64,000 nucleotides of DNA from Alphaproteobacteria bacterium (GTDB lineage Bacteria > Pseudomonadota > Alphaproteobacteria > UBA828 > JAPUJA01). The translations under genes were made by a program, and so were the position numbers. Shown piece after piece: positions 19,653 to 28,160 of this stretch (position 1 is its first letter; each line of letters starts with the position of its first letter). The DNA lies in the NCBI GenBank assembly GCA_963694715.1, contig CAVOEB010000005.1:3447-67446 (forward strand). The letters are read 5' to 3'. A model generated the notes under the pieces. That model made no database searches and was not told the origin of the DNA. It saw nothing but the letters and a program-made list of their open reading frames with translations.

Positions 19653-20786
19653 ATGGTGGTTGAGGATTTCGATTTTCTGGTAATCGGTGGCGGGGTGGCG
19701 GGCTGCGCCGCTGCCTATGGCCTCACAGCCCATGGCCGGGTTTGCGTGCTCGAACGCGAATCGAGCCCGGGCTACCACTCGACGGGGCGCTCCGCAGCGC
19801 TGCACACCGAGACCTACGGCAACGCGGCAATCCGCGCACTCACCGTGGGCAGCCGCGCCTTTCTGCTCGACCCGCCGGATGGCTTTACGGACCACGCCCT
19901 GCTAAGCCCCCGGGGCGCCATGACCATCGGACACGCCGATCAAGGCGAACTTCTCGATCGCGCCTATGACGATTCCGTGCGCTTCGTGCCCAGCGTGAGG
20001 CGCCTAAGCCCAGCCCAGGCGATCGAGCGGGTACCCGTCCTAAACCCGCACTACGTGGCAGGGGCCATGTTCGAACCCGACGCCATGGATATGGACGTCA
20101 ATGCCATCCATCAGGGTTATCTCAAGGGCCATCGGGCGGGCGGCGGCCGGCTCGTGGTAAACGCCGAAATCAAGGGCCTCTCAGGCGGTGCCGGCAGCTG
20201 GCGCGCCGTCACTCCGGCGGGCGAGTTCCGTGCCCCGGTCATCGTCAATGCCGCCGGCGCCTGGTGCGACGAGATCGCCGAGCTTGCCGGAATTGCGCCC
20301 ATCGGATTGACGCCCAAGCGCCGCACCGCCTTTACCTTCGCTGCACCCGAGGACACCGAACCGGCAGATTGGCCGATGGTGATCGACGTTGCGGAGAAAT
20401 TCTATTTCAAGCCTGAGTCCGGCCTCCTGCTGGGCTCGCCCGCAGACGAAACCCCCATCGATCCTCAGGACGTCCAGCCCGAGGAACTTGACGTGGCGCT
20501 AGGCGCGGACCGGATTCAGAAGGCGACGGTTATGGAAATCCGCCGCATCGAGAGAAAATGGGCGGGCCTGCGCAGCTTCGTGACCGACAAGACCCTGGTC
20601 GCCGGTTTCGACGCGCAGGCTCCGGGCTTCTTCTGGCTTGCGGGCCAGGGCGGCTACGGCATCATGACCTCACCGGCCATGAGCCGGGTTGTCGCCGCGC
20701 TCGCAACCGGGCAGCCGTTCCCCGACGACCTCGCGGCGCTCGGCGTCACCGCCGACGATCTCTCGCCCGGCCGCCTGCGGCCCTGA
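19653..20786 (+). CDS. FAD-dependent oxidoreductase (DAO family)
   Basis: 377 aa with an N-terminal dinucleotide fold DFLVIGGGVAGCAAAYGL and C-terminal GQGGYGIMTSPA. Confidence 0.8.
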   Translation: MVVEDFDFLVIGGGVAGCAAAYGLTAHGRVCVLERESSPGYHSTGRSAALHTETYGNAAIRALTVGSRAFLLDPPDGFTDHALLSPRGAMTIGHADQGELLDRAYDDSVRFVPSVRRLSPAQAIERVPVLNPHYVAGAMFEPDAMDMDVNAIHQGYLKGHRAGGGRLVVNAEIKGLSGGAGSWRAVTPAGEFRAPVIVNAAGAWCDEIAELAGIAPIGLTPKRRTAFTFAAPEDTEPADWPMVIDVAEKFYFKPESGLLLGSPADETPIDPQDVQPEELDVALGADRIQKATVMEIRRIERKWAGLRSFVTDKTLVAGFDAQAPGFFWLAGQGGYGIMTSPAMSRVVAALATGQPFPDDLAALGVTADDLSPGRLRP

Positions 20787-20910
20787 ACCACCCCGCGAAT
20801 AATTCGCCGGATTTAAGGGCTACCAGTGGCGCAAGCCCGTGCTGCGATGTTCCCGCCCACCGGTTTGACAGGCCGGGGTCGGCCCCTTAGCCTCTGACTA
20901 GGAAACTCAC

Positions 20911-20924
20911 TTGGACCGTACCAA
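20911..20924. promoter_or_regulatory. Candidate HutC-type operator (copy 1) TTGGACCGTACCAA
   Basis: Shares the core CCGTACCAA (GG-W-CCGTACCAA) with 21681-21693. Lies just upstream of the HutC-type GntR start codon. Confidence 0.4.
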
Positions 20925-20928
20925 AGGC

Positions 20929-21657
20929 ATGGCGCGCACTGCACCGTCTAGTCAGCCGATTTATCAGCGGGTCCGCGATCATTTTGTCTCGCAGATCGAC
21001 CAGGGCGTCCTGTGCCCGCACAGCAAGCTGCCTTCCGAGCGCACGCTGAGCGAAACACTTAAGATCAGCCGCACCACTGCACGCCAGGCGTTCATCCAGC
21101 TCGAGAGCGAGGGCTTCATCTATCGCTCCGACCGGCGCGGCTGGTTCGTCGCTCCGCCCCGCCTGCATTACAACCTGTCGGGCGCGTTCAGCTTTTTCTC
21201 CTCGGTCATAACCGAGGGCGGTACGCCCGGCGCCGAGGTTCTCTCCAAGGAGACCGGTACTCCACCCCGCTGGGTGCGCGAGCGTCTTGGTCTGGAGCCT
21301 AAGGAAAAGGTCCATAAGACCCGCCGCCTTCGCCTGATCAGCGGCGAACCGGCGATGGTCGAGGAAAGCTTTCATCCGGCCCGTCGCTTTCCCGGTTTCC
21401 ACGATCACGACATGCACGGCTCCTTCTTCGACGTCCTGGCGAAGGACTACGGTGTCCACCCCCACCATCACGAAATCTCGCTCCGTCTGGTCGAGCTGGA
21501 CGACGAAGACGCGCGCCTGCTGGGTCAGAAACCAGGCAGCGCCGGCGTTCTCGTGACCCAGGCGGTATTCGATGCCGACGGATGGCCCTTCAGCATCGAC
21601 AGCCTTACATGGCGGGGCGATATCGCCGAGTTCACTGTCAGCGGGCGGGTCGAGTAA
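20929..21657 (+). CDS. GntR-family transcriptional regulator, HutC/UTRA subfamily
   Basis: wHTH PSERTLSETLKISRTTARQAFIQLESEGFIYR plus a UTRA-like C-domain. Start trimmed to the ATG at 20929 (the ORF track starts at the TTG at 20911). Confidence 0.85.
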   Translation: MARTAPSSQPIYQRVRDHFVSQIDQGVLCPHSKLPSERTLSETLKISRTTARQAFIQLESEGFIYRSDRRGWFVAPPRLHYNLSGAFSFFSSVITEGGTPGAEVLSKETGTPPRWVRERLGLEPKEKVHKTRRLRLISGEPAMVEESFHPARRFPGFHDHDMHGSFFDVLAKDYGVHPHHHEISLRLVELDDEDARLLGQKPGSAGVLVTQAVFDADGWPFSIDSLTWRGDIAEFTVSGRVE

Positions 21658-21680
21658 CGCCTTTAAACGGTCCGGCCACC

Positions 21681-21693
21681 TGGTCCGTACCAA
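21681..21693. promoter_or_regulatory. Candidate HutC-type operator (copy 2) TGGTCCGTACCAA
   Basis: TGGT-N4-ACCA palindrome, ~86 nt upstream of the dimethylglycine-dehydrogenase-like gene. Near-identical to copy 1. Confidence 0.4.
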
Positions 21694-21778
21694 GATTGCT
21701 ATTCCCTGACTCGGCTCCTAATCTTGGGGTTCTGTCCGAGGAACCGCAGGCACCACAGACGCGACGGGGAGACGAACC

Positions 21779-24223
21779 ATGTCCGAAAAATTTCCCGATC
21801 AGGCGAAGATCGTCATCATCGGCGGCGGCGTGGTGGGCTGCTCCACCGCCTACCACCTCACCCACAACGGCTGCACGGATGTCGTGCTGATCGAGAAAAA
21901 CAAGCTCACCTCCGGCTCTACCTGGCACGCCGCCGGCGCCATCGCCCAGTACCGGCCCAACAACAACCTGATGAATCTCGCGGCCTACGCCGTGCGCATG
22001 ATCCCCGGGCTGGAGAAAGAGACCGGGCAGGCGACCGGCTGGCGCCAGACCGGAGGCATGCGCATCAGCACCCAGAAGGAACGCCGCGCGGAATACGAGC
22101 GCACCATCACGGCAGCGCGCTCCTTTGGGCTCGAGATGGGCCTGATCGGGCCCAAGGAGGCCAAGGAGAAATTCCCGCTGATGCACACGGACGACCTCGA
22201 TTGCTCGATCTGGATCCCGTCGGACGGCCTGGTCAGCCCGTCCGACATGACTATGGCGCTGGCCAAGGGCGCGCGCATGAAGGGGGCGAAGCTTCTCGAG
22301 GACACCGCCGTGACCGATTTCGTCGTCACCGACGGGCGGCTCGAGGCGGTGGTCACCGATCACGGCACCATAAAATGCGAAGGCGCGGCGATCTGCGCCG
22401 GCATCTGGTCGCGCAAGATCGGCCGCCTCGCGGGCGTCGACATCCCCATCTGGCCATCGCACCACTGCTACATGATCACGGAGAAAATCGACGGCATCAC
22501 CCCCGATCTGCCGGTGATGCGCGATCCCGAGCTCTTTCATTACATCCGCGAGGAAGTCGGCGGCCTGATGGTCGGCCAGTACGAGCCCAACCCCATTCCC
22601 TACCCCGACGCCGCCGTGCCCGACGATTTCGTCTTCCACCTCATGCCTGAAAATCTCGACCATTTCATGCCCCTCATGATACCGCTTATCCACCGCTTCC
22701 CGGTGCTCGAGACGGCGGGCGTGAAGACCTGGATCCACGGCCTCGAATCTTTTACCGAGGACCAGAATCCGGTGCTCGGCGAAACCGAAATCGACGGCCT
22801 GTTCACCGCCTGCGGCTTTAACGCCTACGGCATCACGGTCGGTCCCGGCTTTGGCATGGCGCTCGGCGAATGGATGATGAACGGCGAGCCGCCCTTCGAC
22901 CTCTGGGGCACGGACATCCGCCGTTTTGCAAAATTCCACGGCTCCGATACGCAAGTTCGCGCGCGGGCCACCGAAGGCCAGAGCCGACACTACACGGTCC
23001 ACTGGCCCTATGAGGAGCATCAGGCGGGCCGCCCCTTGCGCCGTTCCGCGGTCTATGACCGGCTCGCTGCCGCCGGTGCCTGCTTCGGCGTCAAGGCCGG
23101 CTGGGAACGGCCCAACTGGTTCGCGCCCCAGGGTGTGGAACCACGCGACGAGTATTCGTTCGGCCGCCAGAACTGGTTTCCCCACGTCGCTGCGGAACAT
23201 CGCACCTGCCGCGAGGGGGCGGCGCTGTTCGACCAGTCCTATTTTTCGAAATTCATGCTGCTCGGACGTGATGCCGAGGCCTCGCTCCAGAGGCTCTGCG
23301 CCGGCAATCTCGCCAAGCCGCCGGGCCGGGTCACCTATACCCAGATGCTGAACGCGAAGGGCGGCATCGAGAGCGACCTGACCATCGCGCGCCTCGCCGA
23401 AGATGCCTACTACATCGTCACGGGCACGGCGTTCGCCGCCCACGATTCGCTCCATATCCGACGTCACCTGCCCGAAGGCGCGGCGGCCAACCTGATCGAC
23501 GTCACCTCGGCCTTCGGCACCCTATCGGTCATGGGTCCGAAAGCCCGCGAAATACTGAGCTCGGTGGCCGAGGGTGGGCTGGCGCCCGAGGAATTTCCGT
23601 TCGGCGCGGTGCGCGAAATCTTCATCGCGGGCGCCCCGGTCCGCGCCATGCGCCTCAGCTTCGTAGGCGAGCTCGGCTGGGAGCTGCACATCCCGACGGA
23701 ATACATGGTTACGGTCTATGACGCACTGCATGAAGCGGGCGCGCCGCACGGCATGGGCCATGCGGGCTACCGCGCCATCGACAGCTTGCGCCTCGAAAAG
23801 GGCTACCGGGTCTGGGCCGCCGATATCGGCCCCGATTATTCGCCTCTCGAGGCAGGTCTAGGCTTTGCCGTCTCGTTCAAGAAGGACGCCGACTTCATCG
23901 GCCGCGCCGCCCTCGAAGCGCAAAGCCGGGCGCCGCTCACCCGCCGCCTCGTCAGCTTCGCGATCGACGATTCTGATGCCATCGTGATGGGCCGCGAGAC
24001 CATCTACCGCGACGGCGAAAACGTGGGCTGGATTACCTCGGGCGGCCACGGCCACACGGTCGAGCGCGAGATCGGGCTGGGCTATGTGCGTCACACCGAG
24101 GGGGTAAGCGACGAGTTTCTTACCTCGGGCGCTTACGAGATCGAGATCGCGACCCGCCGCTTCCCGGCGACACTCCACACCGAAGCGCTCTACGATCCCG
24201 AGAACGCCCGTATCCGGGCGTAA
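21779..24223 (+). CDS. Dimethylglycine/sarcosine dehydrogenase-family enzyme (FAD oxidoreductase fused to GcvT-like folate-binding domain)
   Basis: 814 aa with an N-terminal DAO domain (IVIIGGGVVGCSTAYHL, SGSTWHAAG) and a C-terminal aminomethyltransferase domain (GYRAIDSLRLEKGY). Confidence 0.85.
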   Translation: MSEKFPDQAKIVIIGGGVVGCSTAYHLTHNGCTDVVLIEKNKLTSGSTWHAAGAIAQYRPNNNLMNLAAYAVRMIPGLEKETGQATGWRQTGGMRISTQKERRAEYERTITAARSFGLEMGLIGPKEAKEKFPLMHTDDLDCSIWIPSDGLVSPSDMTMALAKGARMKGAKLLEDTAVTDFVVTDGRLEAVVTDHGTIKCEGAAICAGIWSRKIGRLAGVDIPIWPSHHCYMITEKIDGITPDLPVMRDPELFHYIREEVGGLMVGQYEPNPIPYPDAAVPDDFVFHLMPENLDHFMPLMIPLIHRFPVLETAGVKTWIHGLESFTEDQNPVLGETEIDGLFTACGFNAYGITVGPGFGMALGEWMMNGEPPFDLWGTDIRRFAKFHGSDTQVRARATEGQSRHYTVHWPYEEHQAGRPLRRSAVYDRLAAAGACFGVKAGWERPNWFAPQGVEPRDEYSFGRQNWFPHVAAEHRTCREGAALFDQSYFSKFMLLGRDAEASLQRLCAGNLAKPPGRVTYTQMLNAKGGIESDLTIARLAEDAYYIVTGTAFAAHDSLHIRRHLPEGAAANLIDVTSAFGTLSVMGPKAREILSSVAEGGLAPEEFPFGAVREIFIAGAPVRAMRLSFVGELGWELHIPTEYMVTVYDALHEAGAPHGMGHAGYRAIDSLRLEKGYRVWAADIGPDYSPLEAGLGFAVSFKKDADFIGRAALEAQSRAPLTRRLVSFAIDDSDAIVMGRETIYRDGENVGWITSGGHGHTVEREIGLGYVRHTEGVSDEFLTSGAYEIEIATRRFPATLHTEALYDPENARIRA

Positions 24224-24225
24224 CC

Positions 24226-24248
24226 GCGAAATCCGTAACGGATTTCGC
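24226..24248. terminator. Perfect 10-bp hairpin between convergent genes
   Basis: GCGAAATCCG-TAA-CGGATTTCGC, 3 nt after the dehydrogenase stop. No T-tract, so terminator function is uncertain. Confidence 0.4.
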
Positions 24249-24379
24249 AAGCCTGCGCCAGCCGCGGACGCGGCCGTTCTATGATAATGGGCGTGCCGTC
24301 GCAGGGCCGGAGTTGGCTAAGGGCGGCCGGCCCCAACAGACTCCTGGTGTCAGCCGGCGCGGCGACCGAGCGCGGCCAA

Positions 24380-25582
24380 TCAGCCAAGCGACCGGCTCTC
24401 GAAGGGATAGGTCGAAAGCACTTCCGGGCCCGCAGCGGTGATCAGCACCTGTTCCTCTAGCTTGACGCCTTCGGCACCGCCGGTTGCGCCGATGTAGGAT
24501 TCGACGCACAGCGTCATGCCCGCCTCGAGCCGCCCCTCGTAGCCCCAGGCGTCGAAATCCTGCGCGTGCACGATACCCGACCATTCGTCGGCCAAGCCCA
24601 CCCCATGGGCGCGAAAGCTGTAGCGCTGTTCGTCATAGGGTGCGGGCACGTCGCCCGCCGCCTCGGTGTATTCGCAGAACGTCAGACCCGGTGCCAGTGC
24701 CGCGATCCCCTTCTGGATCTGCTCGTAGGCGGCACCATAGAGCGCGCGTTGCTCATCGCTGGGCGGCCCGCCGCCGCACAGCCAACTCCGCGAAATATCC
24801 GCGCAATAGCCATAGGGGCCGATCAGATCGGTGTCGAACGAGACGAGGTCGCCCGCCTCGATCGTCCGCGGTCCGCATTCCTGGTACCACGGGTTGGTGC
24901 GCGGACCGGAGGTGAGCAGCCGGGTCTCGATCCATTCGCCGCCCTGCTCGATATTGACCCGGTGCAGATGCGCCCAAAGCACGTTTTCCGTGACCCCCGG
25001 CTCCAGTGCCTCGTGCATCGCTGTGATGCCCGCCTCGCACACCGCGATGGCGCTGCGCATGGCAGTGATCTCCTCGGGCGTCTTTCGCGCCCGGACATGT
25101 TCGATTAGAAGCTGACCCTCGTGCAACTCCACGCCCCTCGCACCCAAAGCGTGTGCACCCACAGGGTCGAGGCGGTCGTAGGCAAGGCGGCGGTTGGTGC
25201 CGCCATAGGTCGCGACAAGATCGGCGATCTCTCCCGCCCACGCTTGCGCCTTCTCATCAATCCGCGAACCTGCGGTAAAGGCAAACCACGAGATCGCCGG
25301 GCGGACCTCGTCGATCGTCGGAAAATCCGCGAACAGGGGCTCGCAGCCCTTGAACTCGAGCAGCACGACGGGCCCCTCGGTGGCAATGAAGTCATAGCGC
25401 GCCGGGTTATGCAGGCACCAGACCTGCATGTTCGAGGCGTCGGTCGCATAGCGAATATTGATCGGATCGAACAGCAACAGGCCCGCAAGCTCGCGCCGCG
25501 CGAGCTCGCCCCGCAGCGCCGCCAGGCGCCCGCTGCGCAGGCGCGCGAGATCGACCGTCTCCGTCGGTGCGGGCGCCGTCAT
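24380..25582 (-). CDS. M24-family metallopeptidase-fold protein (creatinase/prolidase-like)
   Basis: 400 aa with a creatinase-like N-domain and pita-bread C-domain (DLVSFDTDLIGPYGYCADISR, HGVGL, LEEQVLIT). Substrate unknown. Confidence 0.75.
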   Translation of the reverse strand: MTAPAPTETVDLARLRSGRLAALRGELARRELAGLLLFDPINIRYATDASNMQVWCLHNPARYDFIATEGPVVLLEFKGCEPLFADFPTIDEVRPAISWFAFTAGSRIDEKAQAWAGEIADLVATYGGTNRRLAYDRLDPVGAHALGARGVELHEGQLLIEHVRARKTPEEITAMRSAIAVCEAGITAMHEALEPGVTENVLWAHLHRVNIEQGGEWIETRLLTSGPRTNPWYQECGPRTIEAGDLVSFDTDLIGPYGYCADISRSWLCGGGPPSDEQRALYGAAYEQIQKGIAALAPGLTFCEYTEAAGDVPAPYDEQRYSFRAHGVGLADEWSGIVHAQDFDAWGYEGRLEAGMTLCVESYIGATGGAEGVKLEEQVLITAAGPEVLSTYPFESRSLG

Positions 25583-27063
25583 TCGACGATCAACTTGACC
25601 TTCTGACCGACCCGAAGGGGCTGGCCCGCGACCAGCCCGTTGATCACCTGGAAGGTCTCGAGGGGAAAGTCGTCGACCATCATGCGCTGCGCTAGGCTCT
25701 CATGGCTGTCGCCGCTGCGCACGGAAACCAGCTTGAGACGCCGGGGCTTGAGCTGGGCGGCCTCGGCGTCGGTCAAGCGCCGGAAGCTGTAGGTCGTGCG
25801 CCGCAGTTCCTCGTTCAGCGCCGCGCTCACGCCCACCGGCGTGACGAACATGAAGCGATAGATGGTCTCCGCATCGAAGCGGTAGGCGATGAGGCGGATA
25901 TCGACCCACTCCCCATCACGTTGCAGACGCAGCCCGCCAGTCGCGGCGTCCATACCATTGACGGTAATTAGCTCCTTGTCCGAGAGCTCGCGGCCCTCGG
26001 CCCAGACGTTGGCGAGGTACCACATCATGCCCAAATCGTTTTCGGGCGGCGCATCGCCGTCGAAAATCAGCATCGAGCCGTTTTCGTGCTCGCCCACGAC
26101 CGCCTCTTCGGTATTGGTCAGGCTAAATCCCGGCGGCACCTCGAAGCGGAAACCCAACGTGGGGTGCGAAAATTGCCGACCGCGAATAAAGCCCTGCTTG
26201 GGCGAATCGCCCCATACCAGGCCGTCGATCATCTTGAGATAGATCTCCCGGTCCCAGGCCAGTGTCGCGTTGGTCTGGCCGCGCGCCTCCTGCGCGGCCT
26301 GGGTGATCCGATCGGCAGTGCGGGGATGGGTGCGGAACAGGTCGGGTACCGGATCGGCACCTTCCTTGCCCGCGATCTTTCCTGAGAGAGCGCTTTCCGC
26401 CTCGAGCTGAGACAGGAAACTGCGCATCGCCATCGGATCGTAGCCTGTGCGTACGAGATAGCGGATGCCCAGACGGTCGGCCTCGAGCTCCTGGTCACGG
26501 GAAAAGCCCAACAGGTAGAGCTGCGCGCCGGTGCCCGCAAGATTAGAGAGCGCCGGGTTGTCGACCAGGATGCTGAGGATATTGACGCCGATGCTCGCCG
26601 CGACCGCCTGGCTGTAGCGCTGGGCGGTATGGCGTCCGGTAACGTGGCCGATCTCGTGAGCCACGACGCCGGCCAGCTCCGCCTCGCTGTTGGCCAGCGC
26701 CATCAGTCCGCGCGTCACGTAGACATAGCCGCCCGGCAGGGCGAAGGCGTTGACCACCGGGCTGTCCAGCACCGTGAAGGTAAACGACAGATCGGGCATC
26801 TCGGACGAGGACGCCAGAAAGCGCCCGATGCTGGTGACGTAGCGCCGCACGTCGGTGTCTTCGTAAGCGCCGCCGAACTCCTTCATCACCTTCGGATGTT
26901 CTTCGGCGCCGATTTCCATTTCGTCGGACTGCGACATGAACGCGGTAAAGCTCTGCTCGCCCGTCGCCGGGTTGGTCGAGCACGCGGACAGCCCCAGTCC
27001 ACCGGCAATCATCAGGCTGCCCGCCACCGCCACGACGGTCAGCCGACGCCACAGATGTTTCAT
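25579..27063 (-). CDS. M48-family Zn-metalloprotease lipoprotein with C-terminal LysM-like domain
   Basis: Start trimmed to the ATG at 27063. Lipobox MKHLWRRLTVVAVAGSLMIAGGLGLSAC, HEIGHVTGRH zinc motif, C-terminal VRSGDSHESLAQRM...VINGL...GQKVKLIV. ATGA overlap with the M24 gene. Confidence 0.8.
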   Translation of the reverse strand: MKHLWRRLTVVAVAGSLMIAGGLGLSACSTNPATGEQSFTAFMSQSDEMEIGAEEHPKVMKEFGGAYEDTDVRRYVTSIGRFLASSSEMPDLSFTFTVLDSPVVNAFALPGGYVYVTRGLMALANSEAELAGVVAHEIGHVTGRHTAQRYSQAVAASIGVNILSILVDNPALSNLAGTGAQLYLLGFSRDQELEADRLGIRYLVRTGYDPMAMRSFLSQLEAESALSGKIAGKEGADPVPDLFRTHPRTADRITQAAQEARGQTNATLAWDREIYLKMIDGLVWGDSPKQGFIRGRQFSHPTLGFRFEVPPGFSLTNTEEAVVGEHENGSMLIFDGDAPPENDLGMMWYLANVWAEGRELSDKELITVNGMDAATGGLRLQRDGEWVDIRLIAYRFDAETIYRFMFVTPVGVSAALNEELRRTTYSFRRLTDAEAAQLKPRRLKLVSVRSGDSHESLAQRMMVDDFPLETFQVINGLVAGQPLRVGQKVKLIVE

Positions 27064-27245
27064 CACTTCACGTCCTCCACCTGATCGAGGCGTGTCGCCT
27101 CGATCATCGGTCCGTTGAAGAATTTTAACCAGCACCGTACGCGGATGAAACGGCCTTTTAGCGCCGTAATATCGAAGCCCTCGGGCTCGAGCGCGCGCCG
27201 GTCCGCGGGCGCAATCGCGATAGTGAAATCGGTCCGCCAGTCGCG

Positions 27246-27473
27246 CGCGCCCGGATCGGCAATGTTTATGTGAACCGCGACATGATCGGCGCCGTCGTCG
27301 GCGTTCAGCCGTTTGGCGGGGAGGGGCTTTCCGGCACCGGACCAAAGGCCGGCGGACCACGCTATTTGCACCGCTTTGCCACCGAACGTACATTGACGAT
27401 CAACACGGCGGCGAGTGGCGGCAACGTGCGTCTCCTGTCTCTCGACGATGACCCGGCGCCGGGCGGAAATTGA
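27246..27473 (+). pseudogene. putA: 3'-terminal remnant of putA (proline dehydrogenase / P5C dehydrogenase)
   Basis: The frame reads ...IGNVYVNRDMIGAVVGVQPFGGEGLSGTGPKAGGPRYLHRFATERTLTINTAASGGNVRLLSL. This matches the last ~70 residues of PutA (GNLYVNRN.IGAVVGVQPFGGEGLSGTGPKAGGP.YL ... NTAAAGGNASL). A TAG at 27159-27161 closes the frame, and there is no upstream PutA-like sequence. Confidence 0.8.
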
Positions 27474-27499
27474 AATCAAAAAAAGAGGTTAGCTTGTGA

Positions 27500-28075
27500 G
27501 TGATTGCATGGCGGGGGTATGGTCCTAAACTGCGGAACCGGAAGAAAACGGATATAGGCAACAACTTGGTGCAAAAACAAGCGATTGTGGCTCTTCTTGC
27601 TATCGGCGTTGCGACCCTCGGAGCGATCGCAACCCCAGCGTGTGCTGAAGAACCTGACTTCATCTCGATTTCGGCCGGCGTGTTCGACATCAACGACACT
27701 GCAACCACCGCCGAATTTCGCGTCGAATACCGTTCCGATCTGCGCTTCTGGCACTGGACGCCGTTCGTCGGTCTCATGGGCACGGCCGATAGCGCGCTCT
27801 ACGGCTATGCCGGGTTGGGCTTCGAGCTGTTCTTCGGCCCGCGCGTCGTAATCACGCCGAACGCCGCCTTCGGTGCCTATGCCGACGGCGACGGCAAGGA
27901 CCTGGGCTCAACCATCGAGTTTCGTACCGGCCTAGAGCTAGCCTACCGCTTCGACGACTACTCCCGCCTGGGACTGGCCTTCCACCACATATCGAACGCC
28001 AGCATCGACGAGAACAACCCGGGCACCGAATCCCTGGTACTGACCTATTCGATCCCGCTCTACAAATTTTACTGA
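27500..28075 (+). CDS. Lipid A deacylase PagL-like / acyloxyacyl hydrolase outer-membrane protein
   Basis: Signal peptide ...AIVALLAIGVATLGAIATPACA, beta-barrel-like alternating sequence and catalytic FHHISNAS motif. The true start may be the internal TTG/GTG at 27566/27569. Confidence 0.7.
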   Translation: MIAWRGYGPKLRNRKKTDIGNNLVQKQAIVALLAIGVATLGAIATPACAEEPDFISISAGVFDINDTATTAEFRVEYRSDLRFWHWTPFVGLMGTADSALYGYAGLGFELFFGPRVVITPNAAFGAYADGDGKDLGSTIEFRTGLELAYRFDDYSRLGLAFHHISNASIDENNPGTESLVLTYSIPLYKFY

Positions 28076-28119
28076 ACGACCGGGTTCGCCAGGGCCAGCA
28101 TTCCCGTGAAGGTCTTTCA

Positions 28120-28128
28120 CCCCCCCCC
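28120..28128 (+). repeat. C9 homopolymer tract at the 5' end of the FAD oxidase gene
   Basis: Counted directly: c28120 to c28128 within ...tttcac ccccccccac gac.... It lies between a GTG at 28106 and the main reading frame. Confidence 0.9.
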
Positions 28129-28160
28129 ACGACCCCCGCATCGGCGGCTGGTACGCCCAA

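Noticed and set aside
21638-23467. 609-aa minus-strand ORF, together with similar long ORFs at 11891-13084, 27852-29156, 31224-32474, 52418-53785, 54933-55991, 57120-58094, 59969-60727 and 60667-61578.
   Set aside because: Each lies antisense to, or out of frame within, a gene with unmistakable family motifs. Their translations are Arg/Gly/Ala/Pro-rich low-complexity sequence, typical of shadow ORFs in high-GC DNA.
27063-27479. 138-aa ORF taken at face value as an intact gene upstream of the M48 protease.
   Set aside because: Its N-terminal half is the reverse complement of a near-perfect PutA C-terminal match and reads as Arg-rich nonsense. Only the last ~60 aa look protein-like, so I treat it as a chimeric or remnant frame. 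My recollection of a matching OB-fold-like family is too weak to call.
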